Shown piece after piece: positions 45,376 through 46,303 of a stretch of DNA of 46,303 nt; position 1 is the stretch's first letter; every line of letters begins with the position of its first letter. The notes under the pieces were generated by a model. It ran no database searches. It saw nothing but the letters and a program-made list of their open reading frames with translations, and was not told the origin of the DNA. This DNA is from a virus (lineage: Duplodnaviria; Caudoviricetes): positions 1 through 46,303 of the IMG/VR virus record IMGVR_UViG_3300010286_000003; one strand, given 5' to 3'. A program made the translations under genes and the position numbers.

Positions 45376-46303
45376 TTAAATTGTTATTGGTTTATATCTG
45401 TCACTATCAAGTATTTGATACATTAACTCTTCTGGAGTTTTATCAATAGCATTAATTACATATTTGAATGTACTAGCTGATTGTCCAGACACAAGTTGAA
45501 CACCCTTTCTATTTTTATCAACATGAAATACATTATGCCTACTATTAACATTCCAAAATACTATATTAGGAATTTGATAACCATTCTCATCATATATTCT
45601 AGCTATATAATCATAGAATTGTTCTTTATGTTTTTGAGATACACAGTAATCAATTTCCATATCTGATATAATTATTAATGATTTTGGAATTTCTTCTTGA
45701 GAACAATTATTTTCTTTAGCAATTTCAAGTATTTTTAACAAAGCAGCTTCTAAATTAGTATTCATTTCCCAATTAGCTTTTGAAATAAAATTTATTTTAT
45801 TAAAAAGAGTGTTTCCTTTAATTTCCACTATCTCGGGTTTACTTGAAAAAGTCATAAATACATTATGATATGCACCTTTATTTCTTTCAGCAAAATATAA
45901 GGCAAGACCAATAGATGTTGCCATAGGTCTACCTTTCATTGATCCAGATACGTCCGCCATAACCAAAACATTACATTCATTATCTATGTAATTGGGAAGA
46001 TTATTCCACTGAGCTTCAAGGACAGTATTATCTTCATGCCCGTATAAAACTTTTTCAACAATGTCATATGGATACAAAGTACCGGTATTTATTTTTTCTT
46101 TGCCAACCGACACATCATTCAAATATTGCGAAAATCTCTCTTCATCGTGTCTCATAAAGGCATTCCGATAATTCATCATAGCCTTTGATGGAACAGAAGA
46201 GTAGTTAATAGTATTCCACTCGTTAGCAGACATACGTCTTTCTACAATGTCAATGTATTTTCTAAGAGATTTCACTAATCTCTTATATACATATACAGAA
46301 AGA
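45376..46303 (-). CDS. DUF2828-family TROVE/Ro60-like protein with C-terminal vWA domain (5' partial)
   Basis: YSSVPSKAM, LYPYDIV, EAQW..L, MIDAS DVSGSM, FMTFS, TNL, ISDME, IVFWN, VSG.S; frame open to the window edge. Confidence 0.85.
   Translation of the reverse strand, partial: LSVYVYKRLVKSLRKYIDIVERRMSANEWNTINYSSVPSKAMMNYRNAFMRHDEERFSQYLNDVSVGKEKINTGTLYPYDIVEKVLYGHEDNTVLEAQWNNLPNYIDNECNVLVMADVSGSMKGRPMATSIGLALYFAERNKGAYHNVFMTFSSKPEIVEIKGNTLFNKINFISKANWEMNTNLEAALLKILEIAKENNCSQEEIPKSLIIISDMEIDYCVSQKHKEQFYDYIARIYDENGYQIPNIVFWNVNSRHNVFHVDKNRKGVQLVSGQSASTFKYVINAIDKTPEELMYQILDSDRYKPITI

Noticed and set aside
1-46303. CRISPR array, rRNA or IS element
   Set aside because: No regular repeat-spacer array, rRNA-like sequence or transposase found.

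Overview
AT-rich segment of a large temperate siphophage of a spore-forming Firmicute (Clostridia-like; gene order resembles Bacillus SPbeta). Left arm (+, 1-6021): small hypotheticals, an SH3b/SleB-type hydrolase, a nucleotide-metabolism cluster (CYTH, ThyX-like, guanylate kinase, NDT-like), a 55-aa ORF behind a sigmaE-like promoter, and a large serine recombinase whose 3' end overlaps an apparently intact attP-like dyad, so the DNA looks unintegrated. The rest (-, 6117-46303) is one long unit. In transcription order: DUF2828/Ro60-like vWA protein (cut by the window edge), an anticodon-less tRNA-like element, three tRNAs, a ~600-nt GC-rich pseudoknotted non-coding RNA, a small basic protein, PIN-PhoH, metallophosphoesterase, terminase, portal, head, tail (with embedded RusA-like and tyrosine recombinase genes and one opposite-strand moron), tape measure, baseplate/fibres, holins and M15 endolysin. 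Best leads: (1) the Ro60-like/tRNA/large-ncRNA/PIN-PhoH RNA module; (2) two 12-bp hairpins with different stems but the same UGUCAAAG loop in an operon full of internal terminators; (3) tandem NrdR-like boxes in front of the endolysin; (4) candidate RDF + integrase + attP with sporulation-type control. All protein calls come from motif recognition and synteny by eye; no searches were run.
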